64,000 nt of DNA from an uncultured delta proteobacterium. GTDB taxonomy: Bacteria > Desulfobacterota > Binatia > UBA9968. How positions within the stretch are numbered: position 1 is the first letter of the stretch; every line of letters begins with the position of its first letter. Under the pieces are notes generated by a model. That model was not told where the DNA came from. It did no database searches and worked only from the letters and a program-made list of their open reading frames with translations. The position numbers and the translations under genes are program-made. Shown here one piece after another: positions 55,263-64,000 of this stretch. The stretch spans positions 64,001-128,000 of the forward strand of contig CAVTUQ010000025.1 in NCBI GenBank assembly GCA_963737905.1. Direction: 5' to 3'.

Positions 55263-56687
55263 CTACCGGCTCACGGCCTCGAAAAGGTGAAGCTGGCGGG
55301 TATATCCTTCGTCTTCAAAGTGGACAGGGTAGTTGCCGCTGAAGCAAGCATCGCAAAAACCCCGACTCTGGCCGTTGAAATACGTGTACATCCCCTCTCG
55401 ACTAAGGTAGGAGAGCGTATCGGCCTCGATGAAACGGCGGATCTCTTCGACCGAGCTGGACGACGCAATGAGCTCCGAGCGTGTCGGCGTATCGATGCCG
55501 TAGTAACAGGGGCTGATCGTGGCCGGCGAACTGATGCGCATGTGTACTTCCTTCGCGCCGGCATCGCGAAGCATGCGGATGATCTTCCGGCTGGTGGTGC
55601 CGCGAACGATGGAATCATCCACCACCACGACGCGTTTTCCTTGTAGAACTTCTCGCTGCGCGTTGAGTTTAATCTTGACTCCAAAATGCCGAATCGATTG
55701 CTGCGGCTCGATGAACGTCCGGCCCACGTAGTGATTGCGGATGAGCCCAAACTCCAACGGTATGCCCGACTCCTCGGCATAGCCCATGGCCGCCGGTACT
55801 CCGGAGTCTGGCACAGGCGTTACAAGATCCGCTTCCACGGCACTTTCGCGGGCGAGCTGCCGGCCGAGGGCCTTACGCACTTGATAGACGTTGTGACCGT
55901 AGAGCTTGCTGTCGGGACGAGAAAAATAAATATACTCGAAGATACACTTAGCTTGCGGCGCAGGGGGAAAAGGTTTAAGGGACTCCATCCCATCAGCGCC
56001 AAACGTGATGATCTCTCCGGGCTCTACTTCGCGCACATAGGTCGCTTCAATCAGGTCCAGCGCGCAAGTTTCCGAGGCAACGACGTAGGCGCCTTCGTTG
56101 GGACCCGAATTAAACCGTCCCACCACGAGAGGACGGAAACCCATGGGATCGCGCGCCGCGATCATCCGGTCTAAGGTCAAAAATAACAGCGAATAGGCGC
56201 CCCGCGTCCGGATCAACGCCTCGACGATACGACCCATCAAGGTCGATTCTTTGGAGGTCGCAATCAAGTGTACGATGACTTCAGTATCCGACGTGGATTG
56301 GAAGATGGAACCCGAGTCTTCCAACTCCTTTCGCAATATTTCAGCGTTGACGAGATTGCCGTTGTGAGAGATCGCGATGGGCCCTTGAGAGTATTCGACG
56401 ACAAAGGGCTGGGCATTTTTCAGATGACTTTGGCCGGTGGTGGAATAGCGATTGTGGCCGATAGCCCTCGAGCCCTCCAATCTCTTGATGACATCTTCCT
56501 TAAACACATCGGCGACAAGACCCATCTGCCGATGAGAAATCAGTCCTTTGCCGTCGGAGGAGACAATGCCACACGATTCCTGGCCGCGGTGCTGGAGCGC
56601 ATAAAGCCCTAAATAGACCATGTTGGCCGCTTCGGGGTGGCCATACACTCCCATCACCGCGCATTCTTCGTGAAATTTGTCGAACAC
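55263..56687 (-). CDS. purF: Amidophosphoribosyltransferase
   Basis: HEECAV propeptide/Cys, [20 protein letters not shown]; GTG start with AGGAG RBS. Confidence 0.97.
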   Translation of the reverse strand: MFDKFHEECAVMGVYGHPEAANMVYLGLYALQHRGQESCGIVSSDGKGLISHRQMGLVADVFKEDVIKRLEGSRAIGHNRYSTTGQSHLKNAQPFVVEYSQGPIAISHNGNLVNAEILRKELEDSGSIFQSTSDTEVIVHLIATSKESTLMGRIVEALIRTRGAYSLLFLTLDRMIAARDPMGFRPLVVGRFNSGPNEGAYVVASETCALDLIEATYVREVEPGEIITFGADGMESLKPFPPAPQAKCIFEYIYFSRPDSKLYGHNVYQVRKALGRQLARESAVEADLVTPVPDSGVPAAMGYAEESGIPLEFGLIRNHYVGRTFIEPQQSIRHFGVKIKLNAQREVLQGKRVVVVDDSIVRGTTSRKIIRMLRDAGAKEVHMRISSPATISPCYYGIDTPTRSELIASSSSVEEIRRFIEADTLSYLSREGMYTYFNGQSRGFCDACFSGNYPVHFEDEGYTRQLHLFEAVSR

Positions 56688-56698
56688 TTTCGCTGCTC

Positions 56699-58933
56699 CT
56701 ATTTGAGCCGACTCGTTAGCCCTGCTGACCAAATCGCGCGCAGATCGTCCACCGCCACCCGCAGCAGGGGTTGAATCACGAAACTTGCACCTCCCACCGC
56801 CCCGATGACCTGCATCGGCACGTGGTGCTCGGACGTAACTTCCCGCAGCTCCTCCAGATACTTTTCGGCGACTGATACAACGATCCGTGATTGCGATTCG
56901 CTAAAAAGCAAAGCGTCCCCGCGAATCATTTCACGCATCTCAATCCGCACCCCCAACGGCTTTTCAGGCCCGCTGACGCAGCACTCCGCCAACGCGACAG
57001 CGATCCCACCATCCGATATATCATGAGCCGACCGGAGAATGCCCCTGTCGATGGCTGCGATGCAGCAGCTTTGAACGGCTTGCTCTAATCTGAGATCAAT
57101 CCATGGCGGGGTCCCTTTCACCAACCCATGGACAACTTTTAAGTATTCGCTGCCACCCAGCTCTTCTCGCGTGCGCCCGAGTAAAACAACCAAATCGCCG
57201 GCGGCTTTAAACCACGGCGTAATAACCTTCGCCACTTGGGCGACGAGGCCCACCATTCCCACCGTGGGCGTCGGATAAATAGGAACTCCATCAGTTTCAT
57301 TATAGAAACTAACATTGCCGCTCACAACCGGGATCTTGAGTGCAATGCAAGCGTCTCGCATGCCCTCGATGACCTGAGAAAATTGCCACATCACTTCTGG
57401 ATTTTCCGGGCTGCCGAAATTGAGGCAATCGGTGAGGCCCAGGGGTCGACCACCGACGCAAGCAAGATTGCGCGCCGCTTCCGCAACGGCTAAAGCCCCT
57501 CCAACGTAGGGATCGAGATAACAGTAGCGGCTATTGCCATCGACAGTAAGCGCAAGTCCTTTTTCCGTTCCCTTAATGCGGATAACTGCAGCATCGGCGC
57601 CGGGGGCAATCACCGTATTGCTGCGCACGAAATGATCGTATTGGCGGTAAACCCACTCTTTCGAAGCGATGTTCGGTGAACCGAGAAGAAGCTTCACTGT
57701 TGCACCCAAGTCCGTTGGTTCCGCGATGTTTGAGAGGTCGAGTTGCTCGAGTTGGTCCTGAAGCTTCGGGCGCTCAACCGTTCGTTTATAGACCGGCGCC
57801 TCCTTGGTCAAAGCCGTAATTGGAATACAAGCCACTTCGACGCCGTTAAAAATTGCGTGAAACTGCCGATCGTCGGTAACCCTACCGATAACGACTGCAT
57901 CGAGATCCCATTTGTCGAAAATCCGCTTAATTTCGTCTTCTGTGCCTTTCTTTGCCACCAAGAGCATTCGCTCTTGCGACTCAGAAAGCAAAATCTCGTA
58001 GGGCGTCATGTTCTGCTCGCGAAGGGGCACACGGGAAAGATCCAGCTCCACCCCGGTACCGCCGCGCCCTGCCATTTCCGAAGAGGAACTCGTCAGGCCC
58101 GCCGCGCCCATGTCTTGAATGCCGACGATGTAGTCCCTCTCCATCAGTTCCAGACAAGCTTCCAAAAGCAGCTTCTCAGTAAACGGGTCGCCGACCTGAA
58201 CGGTCGGACGCCGTTGTTCCTTTTCTTCTGAGAATGATTCCGATGCCATGGTCGCGCCGTGAATTCCATCGCGTCCGGTTTTGGAACCCACGTAGATGAC
58301 CGGGTTACCAAGGCCCCGCGCTACGCCGGTGAATATTCGCTTCTTTTTGGCGATACCCAGGGTAAAAGCATTCACCAAGATGTTGGCGTTGTAGCATTCA
58401 TCGAAATAAACTTCCCCACCCACGGTGGGGACGCCGATGCAATTTCCGTAGCCACCGATGCCCGCGACCACCCCCGATAATAGATAACGGGTGCGCGGAT
58501 GGTCGATGCTGCCAAACCGGAGCGAGTTCAGAGAAGCGATCGGCCGGGCACCCATGGTAAAGACATCGCGCAGAATCCCTCCGACGCCGGTGGCCGCGCC
58601 TTGATAGGGCTCGATAAAGGAGGGATGGTTGTGGCTTTCTATCTTAAACGCCACGGCCAAACCGTCCCCAATGTCGACCACCCCCGCGTTCTCGCCCGGC
58701 CCCTGCAGAACCTGCGGGCTTTCGGTTGGGAGGCGTTTCAGATAATGCCGTGAGCTCTTGTAGCTGCAGTGCTCCGACCACATGACCGAGAACACCCCAA
58801 GTTCCGTATAGTTTGGCTCCCGCCCGAGGAACTTTATGATCTTGCCGTATTCTTCCGGTGTCAGACCGTGACTGGCGATAATCTCGGGGGTTACGAGGGG
58901 CTGATTGAATTGTGACGTTTTTTCATCACGCAT
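56699..58933 (-). CDS. purL: FGAM synthase subunit PurL
   Basis: [27 protein letters not shown]. Confidence 0.97.
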   Translation of the reverse strand: MRDEKTSQFNQPLVTPEIIASHGLTPEEYGKIIKFLGREPNYTELGVFSVMWSEHCSYKSSRHYLKRLPTESPQVLQGPGENAGVVDIGDGLAVAFKIESHNHPSFIEPYQGAATGVGGILRDVFTMGARPIASLNSLRFGSIDHPRTRYLLSGVVAGIGGYGNCIGVPTVGGEVYFDECYNANILVNAFTLGIAKKKRIFTGVARGLGNPVIYVGSKTGRDGIHGATMASESFSEEKEQRRPTVQVGDPFTEKLLLEACLELMERDYIVGIQDMGAAGLTSSSSEMAGRGGTGVELDLSRVPLREQNMTPYEILLSESQERMLLVAKKGTEDEIKRIFDKWDLDAVVIGRVTDDRQFHAIFNGVEVACIPITALTKEAPVYKRTVERPKLQDQLEQLDLSNIAEPTDLGATVKLLLGSPNIASKEWVYRQYDHFVRSNTVIAPGADAAVIRIKGTEKGLALTVDGNSRYCYLDPYVGGALAVAEAARNLACVGGRPLGLTDCLNFGSPENPEVMWQFSQVIEGMRDACIALKIPVVSGNVSFYNETDGVPIYPTPTVGMVGLVAQVAKVITPWFKAAGDLVVLLGRTREELGGSEYLKVVHGLVKGTPPWIDLRLEQAVQSCCIAAIDRGILRSAHDISDGGIAVALAECCVSGPEKPLGVRIEMREMIRGDALLFSESQSRIVVSVAEKYLEELREVTSEHHVPMQVIGAVGGASFVIQPLLRVAVDDLRAIWSAGLTSRLK

Positions 58934-59636
58934 GCCGATGTTCCCTTTGAGTACACATGGCTGCAATGGATGAAAAGATCTTGCGACCATCCTCACTGCC
59001 GAGAAGCTTGTTACAGGCATCTTCCGGATGAGGCATCAGGCCGAAAACGTTGCGCGCCTCATTGCACACGCCCGCGATGTTATCCAGGGAGCCATTGGGA
59101 TTAGCCGGCGGCGAAGCTCGCCCTTTTGCATCGACATAACGGAACAGGATCTGGCGGTTCTTGCGCAGCTGCTCCAGGGTTGCCGCGTCTGCGTAATAGC
59201 ACCCCTCTCCGTGCTTGACCGGAATTCTGAGAAGCTGTCCTTTTTTGGCCTCGCAGGTCAACGCTGAGTCCGTTTCTTCGACACGAAGCATCACCTGCTG
59301 GCAAACAAATTGAAGCCCAGTATTTCGCACCAGCGCGCCCGGCAGGAGACCCGATTCGCAGAGAATCTGAAACCCATTGCAGATTCCCAACACGAGGCCG
59401 CCTTGCCGAGCGAATTCGAGGACACCACGCATGATCGGGGAAAAACGCGCCACGGCACCACAACGGAGATAGTCGCCGTAAGAAAATCCGCCGGGCAACA
59501 CCAGGCAATCGAAATGGCCTGCAAGATCGTCCTTGTGCCAGAGCAACTTAACCTTCTGGTCCATGTCCCGCTTTAAAGCATCATAGACGTCCTGGTCATC
59601 GCAGGAACCTGGAAAAACAATTACCCCCCAACGCAC
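58926..59636 (-). CDS. purQ: FGAM synthase glutaminase PurQ
   Basis: [23 protein letters not shown]. Confidence 0.97.
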   Translation of the reverse strand: MRWGVIVFPGSCDDQDVYDALKRDMDQKVKLLWHKDDLAGHFDCLVLPGGFSYGDYLRCGAVARFSPIMRGVLEFARQGGLVLGICNGFQILCESGLLPGALVRNTGLQFVCQQVMLRVEETDSALTCEAKKGQLLRIPVKHGEGCYYADAATLEQLRKNRQILFRYVDAKGRASPPANPNGSLDNIAGVCNEARNVFGLMPHPEDACNKLLGSEDGRKIFSSIAAMCTQREHRHA

Positions 59637-59639
59637 GGT

Positions 59640-59882
59640 CTACTCCTCAATCTCAAACCGATAGTCTTCGATGACCGGATTCGCGAGCAGCTTCTCACAC
59701 ATCTCGCGGATGCGGGATTCGGCAGCTTCACGTGAAGTCGCTTCAACATTGAGTTCGAGATATTTCCCCATCCGGACATTCTGCACTTCAGCATAACCCA
59801 AGGTATGCAGCGACCTCTCAATGGCTTTGCCCTGGGGGTCCAGCACTCCGTATTTCAGAGAAACGAAAATCTTAGCGTGCAT
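59640..59882 (-). CDS. purS: FGAM synthase subunit PurS
   Basis: VLDPQGKA...LLANPVIEDY. Confidence 0.97.
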   Translation of the reverse strand: MHAKIFVSLKYGVLDPQGKAIERSLHTLGYAEVQNVRMGKYLELNVEATSREAAESRIREMCEKLLANPVIEDYRFEIEE

Positions 59883-59915
59883 GGTCAGTCGCTTTCGGCC
59901 ACCGACTTTATCACT

Positions 59916-61208
59916 TCAATGGAAAACTCGGCGGAAGATAAAGTCAATATTCTTGAGGTGATGCTTCACGCCCCACACTTTCTCGATTTCTTGCGCCGAC
60001 AGGTGGCGGCGAATTTCCGCATCCCGAAGTAGTTCCTCTTTTAGATCACCACCCTGTCGTCCCACTTTCAAGGCATGGCGCTGCACCCTACGATACGCGG
60101 TGTCCCGCGGGATTCCTTTGTCAACCAAGGCGAGCAGCACTTTTTCGGAAAAAACTGTGCCGCCGCTCCTTTCCAGATTGCGTTTCATGTTTTCAGGATA
60201 AACACAGAGATTGCCCAAAACGTAGGTCATCCGTCGGAGCATGAAGTCAAGCACAATGGTCGCATCCGGCGCAATCACCCGTTCCACGGAAGAGTGACTG
60301 ATATCCCGCTCATGCCATAGGGGAACGTTCTCCAGTGCAGCTACGGCATACCCTCGCATGAGCCGCGCCAATCCAGAAACGTTCTCGGAGAGGATCGGGT
60401 TTCGTTTATGCGGCATCGCCGAAGAGCCCTTCTGCCCCTCCGTGAACGGCTCCTCCGCTTCTTGAACTTCAGTGCGTTGCAAGTGACGAACCTCCACGGC
60501 AAACTTTTCCAGCGAGCTGGCGATCACGGCCAACGTGGCAAAGAAATAGGCGTGACGGTCGCGTTGGATAATTTGATTGGAGATCAGCGCCGGCTTGAGC
60601 CCAGCCTTTCGACAAACATAGGCCTCCACCTTTGGGGAAATCTGTGCGAACGTACCCACCGCGCCGGAAATCTGACCGACGCGGATATCATCCGCGGCTT
60701 GTTCCAGCCGGGCCAGATTGCGTGCGGTCTCTTGATACCAGAGCGCCAATTTCAAGCCGAACGTAATCGGCTCGGCGTGCACGCCGTGGGTGCGGCCGAT
60801 CATCACGGTCCACTTGTACTTGAAGGCCTGGCGACGCAACACCTTCATTAGATCCTTCAGGTCCAGGAGTAAGATCGCCGACGCCTCTTTGAACTGAATG
60901 GCTAAGGCCGTGTCCATGACGTCGGAAGACGTCATCCCGACATGGAGGAAGCGGGCGTCGTCGCCGACGGATTCCGCCACGGAACTCAGGAATGCGATAA
61001 TCTCGTGTTTGACTTCGCTCTCGATCTTGCGGATACGGGCAATGTTGAATCGCGCCTTTCTCTTAATTCGCGCGACGGCCGCCTTGGGGACTTGCCCAAG
61101 CTGCGCCAAACCTTCGGCGGCAAGAATCTCTACATCGAGCCACTTCTGAAACCCGTTCTCCTCGGACCATATGCGGCCCATCTCCGGCCGTGTGTACCGC
61201 GCGATCAT
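59916..61208 (-). CDS. purB: Adenylosuccinate lyase
   Basis: GRTHGVHAEP, GSSAMPHKRNP. Confidence 0.97.
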   Translation of the reverse strand: MIARYTRPEMGRIWSEENGFQKWLDVEILAAEGLAQLGQVPKAAVARIKRKARFNIARIRKIESEVKHEIIAFLSSVAESVGDDARFLHVGMTSSDVMDTALAIQFKEASAILLLDLKDLMKVLRRQAFKYKWTVMIGRTHGVHAEPITFGLKLALWYQETARNLARLEQAADDIRVGQISGAVGTFAQISPKVEAYVCRKAGLKPALISNQIIQRDRHAYFFATLAVIASSLEKFAVEVRHLQRTEVQEAEEPFTEGQKGSSAMPHKRNPILSENVSGLARLMRGYAVAALENVPLWHERDISHSSVERVIAPDATIVLDFMLRRMTYVLGNLCVYPENMKRNLERSGGTVFSEKVLLALVDKGIPRDTAYRRVQRHALKVGRQGGDLKEELLRDAEIRRHLSAQEIEKVWGVKHHLKNIDFIFRRVFH

Positions 61209-61241
61209 GCCGCTAATTAAAACTCTGGATATTTTTAGGGT

Positions 61242-61778
61242 TCAAGACTTGGCAGCGCGTTTTGTTCTTGCCTTGAACTTTTTGAACTTTGAACGTTGAA
61301 CCGTGTTATCTTCGTCCGTATGGCCAAACCCGCCGGCCTGCCGATCCGACGGAGGCAATTCCTCAACCTCCTGCCACCGCGCCCGAATAATTCTCTGAAT
61401 GACCATTTGAGCGATGCGTTGGCCGCGTCGAATTGCGACCGGCGCTTGGCCTAGATTGACCACAATCAGTTGAATCTCACCCCGATAATCGGAATCGATG
61501 GTTCCGGGACTGTTAGCCATCGTCAATCCCTGTTTTAGAGCTAAACCGCTGCGGGGACGGATTTGAGCCTCAAAACCGGTCGGGAGCGCAATGGCAACAC
61601 CCGTCGGGATCAGCGCCCGTTCCATCGGGGCCAACGTCAGTTCGCCCTTGAGATCCGCACACAGGTCCATACCGGCGGATCCCGTTGTCATATAAATCGG
61701 CAGCGGGACTTCCTGGGAGCTTGGGCGCACCCGTTTTATCTGAATTCGGATCTCTTCCACCGGCACCCTGTGCTGCAC
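61242..61778 (-). CDS. dut: dUTPase
   Basis: [30 protein letters not shown]. Confidence 0.95.
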   Translation of the reverse strand: MQHRVPVEEIRIQIKRVRPSSQEVPLPIYMTTGSAGMDLCADLKGELTLAPMERALIPTGVAIALPTGFEAQIRPRSGLALKQGLTMANSPGTIDSDYRGEIQLIVVNLGQAPVAIRRGQRIAQMVIQRIIRARWQEVEELPPSDRQAGGFGHTDEDNTVQRSKFKKFKARTKRAAKS

Positions 61779-61812
61779 GACCCGACGACCGGAGACATTT
61801 AGTCACCCGGCT

Positions 61813-63076
61813 CTAGATTTTTATCTTGATGTCATCTTTAAAGTCACCCAGCAGAGATAACGCGATTCCCTGTGAGCCAAAAAGCATGGAGGCGAGATCA
61901 ACGACCGCATCACGGGAGACAGCGCGAATCTCCCGGCATATCTCATCCGTGGCGATCGGCTTCCCGAAATAGATTTCATTACGTGCGATATGGCTCATCC
62001 ATGAGTCCGTGGACTCGAGGCCAAGCATCATGCTGCCCACCAGTTGTCCCTGGGTCCGGCGAATTTCCTCGTCTTTGACATGACCGGCGGCGAGCTGCCT
62101 TAGTTCCTTGAGAATCAGCTCGACAACTTCTTCCACCCATTCTACGCTCGTGCCGGCATAGACACCGAGGTAGCCGATATCCTGATAGGACGATGAGAAC
62201 GAATAGACCGAATAAGCCTTGCCGCGCTTTTCGCGGATCTCCTGAAACAACCGAGAACTCATGCCACCGCCAAGCAAGGTATTTAGGACATAGGCCGTGT
62301 AACGCTGCGGATGGGTTTGGTGCAATCCCGCTACTCCGAGACAAAGATGAGCCTGCTCAAGCGATTTGGTATGTTGGAAAATGCCGGCTCTGCATCGCCG
62401 GCGCGCCGGCGCCGTCCTGGGAGTTTGAACGGCCGTCGTGGGCGGAGTCGCGCACGGAACCCAGCCTTTCGTTGAGCGCCTGGACCAACTCCTGGTGGCG
62501 CAAGTGGCCCGCCGCCGCAACGACAACCCGCCTCGGCCCATATCGCGACTTGAAGAAATTTAAGAAATCCTGCCGTCGAAACGAGTTCACCGTTTCCGCA
62601 CTGCCGCAAATGGGACGAGCCAGGGGATGATCCTTGAAGAAGTCAAGGCTGAAGAGATCGTGGATGTAATCGTCCGGCGTATCTTCCGCCTGGGAGATTT
62701 CCTGGAGGATGACAGACCGCTCGCGTTCGATCTCGTCGCCATCGAAAATAGAATGAAGAAAAATGTCGGTCAATAGATCGATCGCCAGCGGCAGATCTTC
62801 GTCGAGGATCTTGGCGTAGTAACAGGTGTGTTCTTTGGCCGTAAAGGCATTGAGAACGCCACCGATCGCATCCATCTCTTCAGCGATCGCGGCGGCGCTA
62901 CGCCGCTCGGTGCCCTTGAAGAGCAGGTGCTCGATGAAGTGGGAGATCCCGTTCTCACGCGGCAATTCGTGCCGGGAACCGTTCTCAACCCATATTCCCA
63001 AACTTACCGATCGATGATCCGGCATCTCTTGGGAAACGACTCGGATCCCATTATCGAGGACGGCTTTAGCAAACAT
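61813..63076 (-). pseudogene. M16 (pitrilysin-family) peptidase with a 1-nt frameshift near 62385 (probably a sequencing error)
   Basis: HFIEH motif in the N-half; GGGMSSRLFQEIREKRG in the C-half; conserved pnp-M16-dut context. Confidence 0.88.
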
Positions 63077-63090
63077 GGAAAGATCAGGAC

Positions 63091-64000
63091 CTAGGTTCGA
63101 GGCGAATCATCCGAGCTGGCGCCGGACGGGCCATTTCCTGTTTCCTGAAGCGCCTCTTTTCGACTGAGCCGAATCTTGCCCTGCTTATCGATCTCCAGAA
63201 CTTTCACCATGACCTCGTCGCCCTCTTTCAAAACGTCGCTGACCCGCCGAACCCGCTCGGGTGCGAGCTGTGAGATATGGACCAAGCCGTCGGTCCCAGG
63301 CAAAATTTCAACAAAGGCTCCAAAATCGACAATTTTTCTCACGGTCCCTTTATAGATCTTCCCGATTTCCGCCTCGGCGGCGATCCTTTGCACCATCTCG
63401 ATGGCTTTTCTTGAAGCAGCCTCATCGCTGGACGCAATGGTGACTGTTCCGTCGTCTTCCACATCCATCTTAACGCCGGTGGCTTCAATGATACCGCGAA
63501 TAACTTTACCACCGGGTCCGATGATTTCACGAATTTTTTCGGGTCTGACCTTCAGGGTGGTAATTCGCGGCGCATGACCTGAAACGCTCGCCCGGTGCGA
63601 CCCCATGGTCTCGGTCATGATGCCGAGAATATGCAACCGCCCTTCCCGCGCCTGGTACAACGCCTGGCGCATGATATCGCGGTTCACACCGCTGATCTTA
63701 ATATCCATCTGTAACGATGTGACGCCGGTTGGCGTACCGGCAACTTTGAAGTCCATGTCGCCGAGGTGATCTTCATCACCCAAAATATCCGATAGCACTC
63801 GCACATGTTCCCCTTCTTTGATCAGACCCATGGCGATGCCCGCCACGGGCGCGGACACCGGTACGCCGGCATCCATCAGAGAAAGTGATCCGCCGCAGAC
63901 CGTGGCCATTGACGTAGAGCCATTGGACTCCAAAACTTCCGACACAATGCGGACCGTGTAAGGGAAACTCTCCTCGGGCGGCAATACCGGCAGTAACGCC
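63091..64000 (-). CDS. pnp: Polyribonucleotide nucleotidyltransferase, 3' part
   Basis: [21 protein letters not shown] (IIGPGG) and S1 domains. Confidence 0.97.
   Translation of the reverse strand, partial: ALLPVLPPEESFPYTVRIVSEVLESNGSTSMATVCGGSLSLMDAGVPVSAPVAGIAMGLIKEGEHVRVLSDILGDEDHLGDMDFKVAGTPTGVTSLQMDIKISGVNRDIMRQALYQAREGRLHILGIMTETMGSHRASVSGHAPRITTLKVRPEKIREIIGPGGKVIRGIIEATGVKMDVEDDGTVTIASSDEAASRKAIEMVQRIAAEAEIGKIYKGTVRKIVDFGAFVEILPGTDGLVHISQLAPERVRRVSDVLKEGDEVMVKVLEIDKQGKIRLSRKEALQETGNGPSGASSDDSPRT

Noticed and set aside
61813-63076. Programmed frameshift in the M16 peptidase (or in the D-aminoacylase)
   Set aside because: No slippery heptamer is visible at the shift, and a sequencing indel is the simpler explanation
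1-64000. tRNA, rRNA, prophage or integrase genes
   Set aside because: None recognised by eye; a tRNAscan or Infernal run would be needed to exclude small RNAs

Overview
Bacterial chromosomal window. The expanded solute-binding proteins and the heptamer repeats resemble Ca. Binatia/deltaproteobacterial genomes, but that taxonomy is an inference. There are four blocks. (1) 1-10.8 kb: a minus-strand group 1h high-affinity [NiFe]-hydrogenase operon (hhyS, hhyL, hhyE, hhaABC-like, protease, YceI, hypA, hypC), interrupted by an intact IS110. The IS110 non-coding end carries visible guide segments matching its target and donor (bridge-RNA type), and it sits inside a small genomic repeat. (2) 11-31 kb: a toxin-antitoxin-rich accessory region with about 12 intact or broken TA modules, IS21 remnants, a MITE and a RAYT-type HUH transposase. 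Between 11.8 and 20 kb the modules are punctuated by seven co-oriented copies of a ~36-bp covarying palindrome and bracketed by a duplicated membrane-protein gene, which looks like a non-integron cassette array. A second, promoter-like repeat punctuates 24-32.6 kb. (3) 24.9-54.9 kb: aromatic and amide catabolism and transport (Rieske oxygenases, phthalate-pathway homologues, hydantoinase A plus two B subunits, amidohydrolases, solute-binding proteins, a di-heme protein), ending with a ykkC-like structured leader. (4) 55-64 kb: the core cluster pnp, M16 peptidase, dut, purB, purS, purQ, purL, purF. Five single-base frameshifts fall in short homopolymers and may be sequencing errors.
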